DNA from: Escherichia coli
GTDB lineage: Bacteria > Pseudomonadota > Gammaproteobacteria > Enterobacterales > Enterobacteriaceae
DNA: 64,000 nucleotides
Direction: 5' to 3' (one strand)
Assembly: GCF_024223415.1 (NCBI RefSeq)
Contig: NZ_CP100500.1
Notes under the pieces: model-generated
The model's input: the letters and a program-made list of their open reading frames with translations, nothing else
Databases searched by the model: none
Told to the model about the DNA's origin: nothing
Shown here: one piece after another, positions 47,300-58,970 of the stretch
Numbering within the stretch: position 1 is the first letter of the stretch
How the letters are laid out: the number at the start of each line of letters is the position of its first letter
Program-made: the position numbers and the translations under genes

Positions 47300-47635
47300 A
47301 TGGATAAAGAACGCATCATTCAGGAATTTGTGCCCGGCAAACAGGTCACGCTGGCGCATCTCATCGCGCATCCCGGCGAGGAACTGGCGAAGAAAATTGG
47401 CGTTCCGGATGCGGGCGCAATTGGCATTATGACGCTAACTCCTGGCGAAACGGCGATGATCGCCGGTGATTTAGCATTGAAAGCCGCTGATGTGCATATC
47501 GGTTTTCTCGACCGCTTCAGTGGTGCATTGGTGATTTATGGCTCGGTGGGCGCAGTAGAAGAAGCGTTATCACAAACCGTCAGTGGCTTAGGTCGCTTAT
47601 TAAATTATACGCTTTGTGAAATGACCAAAAGTTAA
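47300..47635 (+). CDS. eutS: BMC shell protein (bent hexamer)
   Basis: ORF track 47228..47635; likely start [10 protein letters not shown] giving 111 aa. Confidence 0.85.
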
Positions 47636-47647
47636 TACGAGGCATTC

Positions 47648-48127
47648 ATGAAACGAATTGCGTTTGTGGGTACCGTCGGGGCAGGGAAAACAACGTTATT
47701 TAATGCGTTGCAGGGGAATTATACCCTCGCCAGAAAAACACAGGCCGTGGAATTTAATGATAAGGGCGATATTGATACGCCGGGTGAATATTTTAGCCAT
47801 CCCCGCTGGTATCACGCCTTAATTACCACGCTACAGGATGTGGACATGCTGATCTATGTCCACGGCGCGAATGACCCGGAAAGTCGGTTGCCTGCCGGGT
47901 TGCTGGATATTGGCGTCAGCAAACGGCAAATCGCCGTCATCAGTAAAACGGACATGCCAGATGCTGACGTCGCCGCAACGCGAAAGTTATTGCTTGAGAC
48001 GGGCTTCGAAGAGCCGATTTTCGAGCTAAACAGCCACGACCCGCAAAGCGTGCAGCAACTGGTGGATTATCTGGCATCTCTCACCAAACAGGAGGAAGCA
48101 GGTGAAAAAACTCATCACAGCGAATGA
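47648..48127 (+). CDS. eutP: P-loop GTPase/kinase-like Eut protein
   Basis: 159-aa ORF with GTVGAGKTT Walker A. Confidence 0.85.
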   Translation: MKRIAFVGTVGAGKTTLFNALQGNYTLARKTQAVEFNDKGDIDTPGEYFSHPRWYHALITTLQDVDMLIYVHGANDPESRLPAGLLDIGVSKRQIAVISKTDMPDADVAATRKLLLETGFEEPIFELNSHDPQSVQQLVDYLASLTKQEEAGEKTHHSE

Positions 48128-48803
48128 TATTCGTGAAGCACACGCGCGCGGCGAACAGGCAATGTCCGTGGTTCTGCGCGCCAGCATTATTACCCCGGAA
48201 GCCCGAGAAGTGGCGGATTTACTGGGTTTTACCATCACCGAATGTGATGAATCGATCCCGGTAACGGCGTCCGTGCCCGCCAGCGTGCCAGCCGATAAAA
48301 CCGAAAGCCAGCGCATCCGCGAAACCATCATTGCCCAGCTGCCGGAAGGCCAGTTTACCGAAAGCCTGGTCGCGCAGCTGATGGAAAAAGTGATGAAGGA
48401 AAAACAGTCGCTGGAGCAGGGTGCAATGCAGCCGAGCTTCAAATCGGTGACCGGCAAAGGCGGCATCAAAGTGATTGATGGCAGCAGCGTCAAGTTTGGT
48501 CGTTTCGACGGCGCAGAGCCGCATTGCGTGGGCTTGACTGATCTTGTGACCGGAGACGACGGCAGCAGCATGGCCGCCGGTTTTATGCAGTGGGAGAACG
48601 CATTCTTCCCGTGGACCCTGAACTACGACGAAATCGACATGGTGCTGGAAGGGGAGCTGCATGTTCGCCACGCAGGAGAAACCATGATCGCCAAAGCAGG
48701 CGACGTAATGTTTATCCCGAAAGGCTCCAGCATCGAATTTGGTACGACATCCAGCGTGAAATTCCTGTATGTCGCCTGGCCGGCTAACTGGCAATCCCTA
48801 TGA
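48102..48803 (+). CDS. eutQ: cupin-type Eut protein (acetate kinase activity reported)
   Basis: 233-aa ORF. Confidence 0.85.
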   Translation: MKKLITANDIREAHARGEQAMSVVLRASIITPEAREVADLLGFTITECDESIPVTASVPASVPADKTESQRIRETIIAQLPEGQFTESLVAQLMEKVMKEKQSLEQGAMQPSFKSVTGKGGIKVIDGSSVKFGRFDGAEPHCVGLTDLVTGDDGSSMAAGFMQWENAFFPWTLNYDEIDMVLEGELHVRHAGETMIAKAGDVMFIPKGSSIEFGTTSSVKFLYVAWPANWQSL

Positions 48804-49603
48804 AAGATTTCATCACCGAAGCATGGCTAAGAGCGAACCATACGCTCAGCGAAGGCGCAGAGATCCATCTCCCTGCGGACAGTCGCCTGACGCCCTCTGC
48901 CCGGGAGTTGCTGGAAAGCCGCCATCTGCGCATCAAGTTTATTGACGAGCAGGGCCGCCTGTTTGTTGACGATGAACAGCAGCAGCCGCAGCCCGTTCAT
49001 GGGCTAACCAGTAGCGATGAACATCCGCAGGCGTGCTGCGAACTGTGCCGCCAGCCGGTGGCAAAAAAGCCGGATACGCTGACTCACCTGTCGGCGGAAA
49101 AAATGGTCGCCAAAAGCGATCCGCGTCTGGGTTTTCGCGCGGTTCTCGACAGCACCATTGCGCTGGCAGTGTGGCTGCAAATTGAACTGGCGGAACCGTG
49201 GCAGCCGTGGCTGGCGGATATCCGTTCGCGTCTTGGCAACATTATGCGCGCCGATGCGCTGGGGGAACCGCTGGGCGATCAAGCGATTGTCGGGCTTTCT
49301 GACGAAGATCTGCACCGGCTTTCTCATCAGCCGTTGCGTTATCTTGGTCACGATCATCTGGTGCCGGAAGCCAGCCACGGGCGCGATGCGGCGTTGCTGA
49401 ATCTGCTACGCACCAAAGTGCGGGAAACCGAAACCGTAGCGGCGCAGGTATTTATAACCCGCAGCTTTGAAGTATTACGCCCGGACATCTTGCAGGCGCT
49501 GAACCGCCTTTCGAGCACGGTCTACGTGATGATGATCCTGAGCGTAACGAAGCCGCCGCTAACGGTGAAGCAGATCCAACAACGACTGGGGGAAACGCAA
49601 TGA
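48800..49603 (+). CDS. eutT: ethanolamine-utilisation cobalamin adenosyltransferase
   Basis: 267-aa ORF; start overlaps eutQ stop. Confidence 0.85.
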   Translation: MKDFITEAWLRANHTLSEGAEIHLPADSRLTPSARELLESRHLRIKFIDEQGRLFVDDEQQQPQPVHGLTSSDEHPQACCELCRQPVAKKPDTLTHLSAEKMVAKSDPRLGFRAVLDSTIALAVWLQIELAEPWQPWLADIRSRLGNIMRADALGEPLGDQAIVGLSDEDLHRLSHQPLRYLGHDHLVPEASHGRDAALLNLLRTKVRETETVAAQVFITRSFEVLRPDILQALNRLSSTVYVMMILSVTKPPLTVKQIQQRLGETQ

Positions 49604-50616
49604 TTATTGAACGTTGTCGTGAACTGGCGTTGCGAGCGCCCGCCAGAGTGGTTTTTCCGGATGCGTTAGATCAACGTGTGCTGAAAGCTGCGCAATATTT
49701 ACATCAACAAGGTCTGGCAACGCCCATTCTGGTCGCCAATCCGTTTGAACTTCGTCAGTTTGCGCTCAGTCACGGCGTGGCGATGGACGGGCTACAGGTG
49801 ATAGATCCGCATGGCAACCTCGCAATGCGGGAAGAATTTGCTCATCGCTGGCTGGCCCGCGCGGGCGAAAAAACGCCGCCGGATGCGCTGGAAAAACTCA
49901 CCGAACCGCTGATGTTCGCCGCCGCAATGGTCAGCGCCGGTAAAGCGGATGTCTGTATCGCGGGCAACCTCTCTTCCACGGCGAATGTGCTGCGTGCCGG
50001 ATTACGCATTATTGGCTTGCAACCTGGCTGTAAAACGCTCTCTTCCATTTTCCTGATGCTGCCACAGTACAGTGGCCCCGCGTTGGGCTTTGCCGATTGC
50101 AGCGTGGTACCACAGCCGACGGCGGCGCAGCTGGCGGATATCGCGCTTGCCAGCGCCGAAACCTGGCGCGCCATCACCGGAGAAGAGCCGCGCGTGGCGA
50201 TGCTGTCGTTTTCCAGTAACGGTAGCGCCCGTCACCCCTGCGTTGCCAATGTCCAGCAGGCGACAGAAATCGTCCGTGAGCGCGCACCAAAGCTGGTAGT
50301 CGATGGCGAGTTGCAGTTTGACGCCGCCTTCGTGCCGGAAGTGGCGGCGCAAAAAGCGCCTGCCAGCCCGCTACAGGGCAAGGCCAATGTGATGGTTTTT
50401 CCGTCGCTGGAAGCCGGAAATATTGGCTACAAAATCGCACAACGACTCGGCGGATATCGTGCCGTCGGGCCATTGATACAAGGACTTGCCGCGCCGATGC
50501 ACGATCTCTCTCGTGGTTGTAGTGTGCAGGAAATTATCGAGCTGGCGCTGGTGGCAGCTGTGCCGCGTCAGACAGAAGTGAACCGCGAAAGCAGTTTACA
50601 AACACTGGTTGAATGA
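49600..50616 (+). CDS. eutD: phosphotransacetylase
   Basis: 338-aa PTA-family ORF. Confidence 0.9.
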   Translation: MIIERCRELALRAPARVVFPDALDQRVLKAAQYLHQQGLATPILVANPFELRQFALSHGVAMDGLQVIDPHGNLAMREEFAHRWLARAGEKTPPDALEKLTEPLMFAAAMVSAGKADVCIAGNLSSTANVLRAGLRIIGLQPGCKTLSSIFLMLPQYSGPALGFADCSVVPQPTAAQLADIALASAETWRAITGEEPRVAMLSFSSNGSARHPCVANVQQATEIVRERAPKLVVDGELQFDAAFVPEVAAQKAPASPLQGKANVMVFPSLEAGNIGYKIAQRLGGYRAVGPLIQGLAAPMHDLSRGCSVQEIIELALVAAVPRQTEVNRESSLQTLVE

Positions 50617-50654
50617 ACGGTCCCGTTCTGGACCCTGATAAAGAGGAAAGCACA

Positions 50655-50948
50655 ATGGAAGCATTAGGAATGATCGAAACCCGGGGCCTGGTTGCACTGA
50701 TTGAGGCTTCTGACGCGATGGTGAAAGCTGCGCGCGTCAAGCTGGTTGGTGTTAAGCAGATTGGCGGCGGCCTGTGTACTGCCATGGTTCGTGGTGATGT
50801 TGCAGCCTGTAAAGCCGCGACCGATGCAGGTGCCGCAGCGGCACAGCGTATCGGCGAGCTGGTATCTGTACACGTTATCCCGCGTCCGCACGGCGACCTG
50901 GAAGAAGTCTTCCCGATCGGCCTGAAAGGCGATAGCAGCAACCTGTAA
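50655..50948 (+). CDS. eutM: BMC shell hexamer protein
   Basis: ORF track 50613..50948; likely start [10 protein letters not shown] giving 97 aa BMC-H domain. Confidence 0.9.
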   Translation: MEALGMIETRGLVALIEASDAMVKAARVKLVGVKQIGGGLCTAMVRGDVAACKAATDAGAAAAQRIGELVSVHVIPRPHGDLEEVFPIGLKGDSSNL

Positions 50949-51054
50949 TCACCCTGTGTGACGTCGATTCGGGCGTCACGCTCTCTCCTTTTTCATTTTA
51001 CCTTCTGCGGAGGGTAGGGGGAGCTTTTACCTGAAATACGCCACGGAGGCGGGT

Positions 51055-51342
51055 ATGAAACTGGCAGTCGTCACTGGACAAATTGTTTGTACCGTACGCC
51101 ATCACGGACTGGCGCATGACAAATTGCTGATGGTGGAAATGATTGATCCACAAGGTAATCCTGACGGGCAATGCGCCGTCGCCATCGACAATATTGGCGC
51201 GGGAACCGGGGAGTGGGTGTTACTGGTGAGTGGCAGTTCCGCCCGCCAGGCGCATAAAAGCGAAACGTCACCGGTCGATCTGTGCGTGATTGGCATTGTC
51301 GATGAGGTGGTGTCTGGCGGTCAGGTAATTTTCCACAAATAA
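51055..51342 (+). CDS. eutN: BMC vertex protein
   Basis: 95-aa ORF MKLAVVTGQIVCTVRHHG... Confidence 0.9.
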   Translation: MKLAVVTGQIVCTVRHHGLAHDKLLMVEMIDPQGNPDGQCAVAIDNIGAGTGEWVLLVSGSSARQAHKSETSPVDLCVIGIVDEVVSGGQVIFHK

Positions 51343-51353
51343 GGCAGAACATC

Positions 51354-52757
51354 ATGAATCAACAGGATATTGAACAGGTGGTGAAAGCGGTACTGCTGAA
51401 AATGCAAAGCAGTGACACGCCGCCCGCCGCCGTTCATGAGATGGGCGTTTTCGCGTCCCTGGATGACGCCGTTGCGGCAGCCAAAGTCGCCCAGCAAGGG
51501 TTAAAAAGCGTGGCAATGCGCCAGTTAGCCATTGCTGCCATTCGTGAAGCAGGCGAAAAACACGCCAGAGATTTAGCGGAACTTGCCGTCAGTGAAACCG
51601 GCATGGGTCGCGTTGAAGATAAATTTGCCAAAAACGTCGCTCAGGCACGCGGCACGCCAGGCGTTGAGTGTCTCTCTCCGCAAGTGCTGACGGGCGACAA
51701 CGGCCTGACTTTAATTGAAAACGCGCCCTGGGGCGTGGTGGCTTCGGTGACGCCGTCCACTAACCCGGCGGCAACCGTAATTAATAACGCCATCAGCCTG
51801 ATTGCCGCGGGCAACAGCGTCATTTTTGCCCCGCATCCGGCGGCGAAAAAAGTCTCCCAGCGGGCGATCACGCTGCTCAACCAGGCGATTGTTGCCGCAG
51901 GCGGGCCGGAAAACTTACTGGTTACTGTGGCAAATCCGGATATCGAAACCGCGCAACGCTTGTTCAAGTTTCCGGGTATCGGCCTGCTGGTGGTGACCGG
52001 CGGCGAAGCGGTAGTAGAAGCGGCGCGTAAACACACCAATAAACGTCTGATTGCCGCAGGCGCTGGCAACCCGCCGGTAGTGGTGGATGAAACCGCTGAC
52101 CTCGCCCGTGCTGCTCAGTCCATCGTCAAAGGCGCGTCTTTCGATAACAACATCATTTGTGCCGACGAAAAGGTACTGATTGTTGTGGATAGCGTAGCCG
52201 ATGAACTGATGCGTCTGATGGAAGGCCAGCACGCGGTGAAACTGACCGCAGAACAGGCGCAGCAGCTGCAACCGGTGTTGCTGAAAAATATCGACGAGCG
52301 CGGAAAAGGCACCGTCAGCCGTGACTGGGTTGGTCGCGATGCGGCGAAAATCGCGGCGGCAATCGGCCTGAACGTGCCGCAAGAAACGCGCCTGCTGTTT
52401 GTGGAAACCACCGCAGAACATCCGTTTGCCGTGACTGAACTGATGATGCCGGTGTTGCCCGTCGTGCGCGTCGCCAACGTGGCGGATGCCATTGCGCTAG
52501 CGGTGAAACTGGAGGGCGGTTGCCACCACACGGCGGCAATGCACTCGCGCAACATCGAAAACATGAACCAGATGGCGAATGCTATTGATACCAGCATTTT
52601 CGTTAAGAACGGACCGTGCATTGCCGGGCTGGGGCTGGGCGGGGAAGGCTGGACCACCATGACCATCACCACGCCAACCGGTGAAGGGGTAACCAGCGCG
52701 CGTACGTTTGTCCGTCTGCGTCGCTGTGTATTAGTCGATGCGTTTCGCATTGTTTAA
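51354..52757 (+). CDS. eutE: CoA-acylating acetaldehyde dehydrogenase
   Basis: 467-aa aldehyde dehydrogenase-family ORF. Confidence 0.9.
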   Translation: MNQQDIEQVVKAVLLKMQSSDTPPAAVHEMGVFASLDDAVAAAKVAQQGLKSVAMRQLAIAAIREAGEKHARDLAELAVSETGMGRVEDKFAKNVAQARGTPGVECLSPQVLTGDNGLTLIENAPWGVVASVTPSTNPAATVINNAISLIAAGNSVIFAPHPAAKKVSQRAITLLNQAIVAAGGPENLLVTVANPDIETAQRLFKFPGIGLLVVTGGEAVVEAARKHTNKRLIAAGAGNPPVVVDETADLARAAQSIVKGASFDNNIICADEKVLIVVDSVADELMRLMEGQHAVKLTAEQAQQLQPVLLKNIDERGKGTVSRDWVGRDAAKIAAAIGLNVPQETRLLFVETTAEHPFAVTELMMPVLPVVRVANVADAIALAVKLEGGCHHTAAMHSRNIENMNQMANAIDTSIFVKNGPCIAGLGLGGEGWTTMTITTPTGEGVTSARTFVRLRRCVLVDAFRIV

Positions 52758-52767
52758 GGAGTAACCG

Positions 52768-53604
52768 ATGGCGCACGACGAACAATGGCTCACCCCACGT
52801 CTGCAAACAGCGGCAACGCTGTGTAACCAGACGCCCGCCGCGACGGAATCTCCGCTGTGGCTGGGGGTGGATCTGGGCACCTGCGATGTGGTGTCGATGG
52901 TTGTCGACCGCGACGGTCAGCCAGTGGCGGTATGCCTCGACTGGGCCGATGTGGTTCGCGACGGCATCGTCTGGGATTTCTTCGGCGCGGTCACCATTGT
53001 TCGTCGCCATCTCGACACGCTCGAGCAGCAATTCGGTCGCCGTTTTAGCCATGCGGCGACTTCATTTCCTCCAGGTACGGACCCGCGTATTTCCATCAAC
53101 GTGCTGGAGTCTGCTGGACTGGAAGTGAGCCATGTGCTGGATGAGCCAGCCGCAGTCGCGGATCTGCTGCAACTGGACAACGCCGGTGTAGTGGATATCG
53201 GCGGCGGCACTACCGGCATTGCCATCGTGAAAAAGGGCAAGGTGACGTACTCGGCGGATGAAGCAACCGGCGGACATCACATCTCTCTGACTCTCGCCGG
53301 AAATCGCCGTATTTCGCTGGAAGAGGCAGAGCAGTACAAGCGCGGTCACGGTGACGAGATTTGGCCCGCGGTGAAACCGGTGTACGAAAAAATGGCGGAC
53401 ATTGTCGCCCGGCATATTGAAGGGCAGGGCATTACTGATTTATGGCTGGCGGGCGGCTCCTGTATGCAACCGGGCGTGGCAGAACTGTTTCGCAAACAAT
53501 TCCCGGCGTTACAGGTGCATTTACCGCAGCACAGTTTGTTTATGACCCCGCTGGCGATCGCCAGTAGTGGGCGAGAGAAAGCGGAGGGGCTATATGCAAA
53601 ATGA
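52768..53604 (+). CDS. eutJ: Hsp70/actin-fold Eut chaperone-like protein
   Basis: 278-aa ORF. Confidence 0.85.
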   Translation: MAHDEQWLTPRLQTAATLCNQTPAATESPLWLGVDLGTCDVVSMVVDRDGQPVAVCLDWADVVRDGIVWDFFGAVTIVRRHLDTLEQQFGRRFSHAATSFPPGTDPRISINVLESAGLEVSHVLDEPAAVADLLQLDNAGVVDIGGGTTGIAIVKKGKVTYSADEATGGHHISLTLAGNRRISLEEAEQYKRGHGDEIWPAVKPVYEKMADIVARHIEGQGITDLWLAGGSCMQPGVAELFRKQFPALQVHLPQHSLFMTPLAIASSGREKAEGLYAK

Positions 53605-54781
53605 ATTGCAGACCGCGCTCTTTCAGGCGTTCGATACCCTGAATCTGCAACGGGTAAAAACATTTAGCGTTCCACCGGTGACGCTTTGCGGTCCGGGCTC
53701 GGTGAGCAGTTGCGGACAGCAAGCGCAAACGCGTGGGCTGAAACATCTGTTCGTGATGGCAGACAGCTTTTTGCATCAGGCAGGGATGACCGCCGGGCTG
53801 ACGCGTAGCCTGGCCGTTAAAGGTATCGCCATGACGCTCTGGCCATGTCCGGTGGGCGAACCGTGCATTACCGACGTGTGTGCAGCCGTGGCGCAGTTGC
53901 GTGAGTCAGGTTGTGACGGGGTGATCGCATTTGGCGGCGGCTCGGTGCTGGATGCGGCGAAAGCCGTGGCGTTGCTGGTGACGAACCCGGATAGCACGCT
54001 GGCAGAGATGTCAGAAACCAGCGTTCTGCAACCGCGCTTGCCGCTGATTGCCATTCCAACTACCGCCGGAACCGGCTCTGAAACCACCAATGTAACGGTG
54101 ATTATCGACGCGGTGAGCGGGCGCAAGCAGGTGTTAGCCCATGCCTCGCTGATGCCGGATGTGGCGATCCTCGACGCCGCATTGACCGAAGGTGTGCCGT
54201 CGCATGTCACGGCGATGACCGGCATTGATGCGTTAACCCATGCCATTGAAGCATACAGCGCCCTGAACGCTACACCGTTTACCGACAGTCTGGCGATTGG
54301 TGCCATTGCGATGATTGGCAAATCGCTGCCGAAAGCGGTGGGCTACGGTCACGACCTTGCCGCGCGCGAGAGCATGTTGCTGGCTTCATGTATGGCGGGA
54401 ATGGCGTTTTCCAGTGCGGGTCTTGGGTTGTGCCACGCGATGGCGCATCAGCCGGGCGCGGCGCTGCATATTCCACACGGTCTCGCGAACGCTATGTTGC
54501 TGCCAACGGTGATGGAGTTTAACCGGATGGTTTGTCGTGAACGCTTTAGTCAGATTGGTCGGGCACTGCGAACTAAAAAATCCGACGATCGTGACGCTAT
54601 TAACGCGGTAAGTGAGCTGATTGCGGAAGTTGGGATTGGTAAACGACTGGGCGATGTTGGCGCGACATCTGCGCATTACGGTGCATGGGCGCAGGCCGCG
54701 CAGGAAGATATTTGTCTGCGCAGCAACCCGCGTACCGCCAGCCTGGAACAGATTGTCGGCCTGTACGCAGCGGCGCAATAA
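53594..54781 (+). CDS. eutG: iron-containing alcohol dehydrogenase
   Basis: ORF track 53567..54781; likely start MQNELQTALF giving 395 aa. Confidence 0.85.
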   Translation: MQNELQTALFQAFDTLNLQRVKTFSVPPVTLCGPGSVSSCGQQAQTRGLKHLFVMADSFLHQAGMTAGLTRSLAVKGIAMTLWPCPVGEPCITDVCAAVAQLRESGCDGVIAFGGGSVLDAAKAVALLVTNPDSTLAEMSETSVLQPRLPLIAIPTTAGTGSETTNVTVIIDAVSGRKQVLAHASLMPDVAILDAALTEGVPSHVTAMTGIDALTHAIEAYSALNATPFTDSLAIGAIAMIGKSLPKAVGYGHDLAARESMLLASCMAGMAFSSAGLGLCHAMAHQPGAALHIPHGLANAMLLPTVMEFNRMVCRERFSQIGRALRTKKSDDRDAINAVSELIAEVGIGKRLGDVGATSAHYGAWAQAAQEDICLRSNPRTASLEQIVGLYAAAQ

Positions 54782-54800
54782 ATGCCGGATGCGACGCATG

Positions 54801-56233
<1,433 letters not shown>

Positions 56234-56236
56234 ATG

Positions 56237-56300
56237 TCGCGTCTTATCCGGCCTACGGGATTGCACATGTAGAGCGGATAAAGCGTTCACGCCGCATCCG
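56237..56300. repeat. BIME: right half of the interrupted PU plus a second complete REP/PU
   Basis: tcgcgtcttatccggcctacg then gcggataaagcgttcacgccgcatccgc. Confidence 0.7.
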
Positions 56301-56333
56301 CTAATAAATAACAACTAACAGGGAGTAAAGGCG

Positions 56334-57559
56334 ATGGGAATTAACGAAATCATCATGTACATCATGATGTTCTTTATGCTGATAGCTGCCGTAGACAGGA
56401 TCCTGTCGCAGTTCGGCGGTTCTGCTCGTTTCCTCGGTAAGTTCGGTAAAAGTATCGAAGGATCAGGCGGTCAGTTCGAAGAAGGCTTTATGGCAATGGG
56501 CGCTCTGGGTCTGGCGATGGTCGGTATGACCGCGCTGGCACCGGTACTGGCTCACGTACTCGGGCCGGTAATTATCCCGGTTTACGAAATGCTCGGCGCA
56601 AACCCGTCAATGTTCGCCGGAACGCTGCTGGCGTGCGATATGGGCGGCTTCTTCCTCGCCAAAGAGCTGGCGGGCGGCGACGTAGCCGCGTGGCTATACT
56701 CTGGGTTAATTCTCGGGTCGATGATGGGGCCAACGATTGTGTTTTCCATTCCGGTGGCGCTCGGCATTATCGAACCTTCTGACCGTCGTTATCTGGCGCT
56801 CGGCGTGCTGGCGGGCATTGTGACCATTCCGATTGGTTGTATCGCTGGTGGTCTGGTAGCTATGTACTCCGGTGTGCAGATCAACGGCCAGCCGGTGGAA
56901 TTCACTTTCGCCCTGATCCTGATGAACATGATCCCGGTGATCATTGTTGCGATTCTGGTGGCGCTGGGGCTGAAATTCATCCCGGAAAAAATGATCAACG
57001 GCTTCCAGATCTTCGCCAAATTCCTCGTTGCATTGATCACCCTCGGTCTTGCCGCTGCGGTAGTGAAATTCCTGCTTGGCTGGGAACTGATCCCCGGTCT
57101 GGATCCTATCTTTATGGCCCTGGCGATAAACCCGGTGAGGTGATGCGCGCCATTGAAGTTATCGGTTCTATCTCCTGCGTTCTGTTAGGGGCGTATCCGA
57201 TGGTGCTGCTGCTGACCCGCTGGTTTGAAAAACCGCTGATGAGCGTCGGTAAAGTGCTGAATATGAACAACATCGCGGCAGCCGGCATGGTGGCAACGCT
57301 TGCCAACAACATCCCGATGTTCGGCATGATGAAGCAGATGGATACCCGCGGCAAAGTCATCAACTGCGCCTTCGCCGTTTCTGCTGCTTTCGCCCTGGGC
57401 GACCACTTAGGCTTCGCCGCTGCCAACATGAATGCCATGATCTTCCCGATGATTGTCGGCAAGTTGATCGGCGGCGTAACGGCGATTGGCGTGGCGATGA
57501 TGCTGGTGCCAAAAGACGACGCGGCCGCAGCTAAAACCGAAGCGGAGGCACAATCGTGA
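56334..57559 (+). pseudogene. eutH: ethanolamine permease gene with an apparent 1-nt deletion frameshift
   Basis: EutH-like membrane protein is split into a 269-aa ORF (56334..57143) and an overlapping +1-frame ORF ending at 57559; total span is 1226 nt, one short of the 1227 nt needed for the 408 aa plus stop that I recall for EutH; frames switch between about 57090 and 57143. Confidence 0.6.
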
Positions 57560-58959
57560 ACACTCGCCAGCTACTGAGCGTCGGTATCGATATCGGCACC
57601 ACCACCACTCAGGTGATTTTCTCCCACCTGGAACTGGTTAACCGTGCGGCGGTGTCGCAGGTGCCGCGCTACGAATTCATCAAACGCGAAATTAGCTGGC
57701 AAAGCCCGGTGTTCTTTACCCCTGTCGATAAACAGGGTGGTTTAAAAGAAGCGGAACTGAAATCGCTGATTTTAGAGCAATATCAGGCTGCGGGCATTGC
57801 GCCGGAAAGCGTTGATTCTGGTGCCATCATCATCACCGGTGAAAGCGCGAAAACCCGCAATGCTCGCCCGGCGGTGATGGCGCTCTCTCAGTCGCTGGGC
57901 GATTTTGTCGTCGCCAGCGCCGGGCCGCACCTCGAATCCGTGATCGCCGGTCACGGAGCCGGGGCACAAACCCTTTCTGAACAACGGCTGTGTCGGGTAC
58001 TGAATATCGACATTGGCGGTGGCACCGCGAACTACGCCCTGTTCGATGCCGGAAAAATCAGCGGCACTGCCTGCCTCAACGTCGGTGGTCGCCTGCTGGA
58101 AACCGACAGCCAGGGGCGCGTGGTTTACGCTCATAAACCGGGGCAGATGATTGTGGATGAGTGCTTCGGCGCAGGCACCGACGCCCGTTCGCTGACCGGC
58201 GCGCAGCTGGTGCAGGTTACCCGGCGGATGGCAGAGCTGATTGTCGAAGTGATTGACGGAACGCTCTCGCCGCTCGCGCAGGCATTAATGCAAACCGGTT
58301 TGCTCCCCGCAGGTGTTACGCCCGAAATCATTACGCTTTCTGGCGGCGTGGGCGAATGTTATCGCCACCAGCCCGCCGACCCGTTCTGTTTTGCCGATAT
58401 TGGCCCACTTCTGGCAACGGCGCTGCATGACCATCCGCGCCTGCGTGAGATGAATGTGCAGTTTCCGGCGCAAACCGTACGCGCCACGGTGATTGGCGCG
58501 GGGGCACATACCCTTTCGCTCTCTGGCAGCACAATCTGGCTGGAGGGCGTACAACTGCCGCTGCGCAATTTGCCGGTGGCGATCCCGATTGATGAAACGG
58601 ATCTGGTGGGTGCCTGGCAACAGGCGCTGATTCAGCTGGATCTTGATCCCAAAACTGACGCGTACGTGCTGGCGCTTCCCGCCTCGCTGCCTGTGCGTTA
58701 CGCCGCGGTACTGACGGTCATCAACGCGTTGGTCGATTTCGTCGCGCGTTTTCCGAATCCGCATCCCCTGCTGGTGGTGGCCGGGCAGGACTTTGGTAAA
58801 GCTCTGGGCATGTTGTTGCGCCCACAGCTACAACAACTCCCGTTGGCAGTCATTGACGAAGTGATTGTCCGCGCGGGGGACTATATCGACATTGGTACGC
58901 CTCTTTTTGGCGGATCGGTTGTGCCGGTGACGGTGAAATCACTCGCATTTCCTTCCTGA
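57556..58959 (+). CDS. eutA: ethanolamine ammonia-lyase reactivase
   Basis: 467-aa ORF MNTRQLLSVGIDIGTTTTQV... Confidence 0.9.
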   Translation: MNTRQLLSVGIDIGTTTTQVIFSHLELVNRAAVSQVPRYEFIKREISWQSPVFFTPVDKQGGLKEAELKSLILEQYQAAGIAPESVDSGAIIITGESAKTRNARPAVMALSQSLGDFVVASAGPHLESVIAGHGAGAQTLSEQRLCRVLNIDIGGGTANYALFDAGKISGTACLNVGGRLLETDSQGRVVYAHKPGQMIVDECFGAGTDARSLTGAQLVQVTRRMAELIVEVIDGTLSPLAQALMQTGLLPAGVTPEIITLSGGVGECYRHQPADPFCFADIGPLLATALHDHPRLREMNVQFPAQTVRATVIGAGAHTLSLSGSTIWLEGVQLPLRNLPVAIPIDETDLVGAWQQALIQLDLDPKTDAYVLALPASLPVRYAAVLTVINALVDFVARFPNPHPLLVVAGQDFGKALGMLLRPQLQQLPLAVIDEVIVRAGDYIDIGTPLFGGSVVPVTVKSLAFPS

Positions 58960-58970
58960 GGGAACGACTT

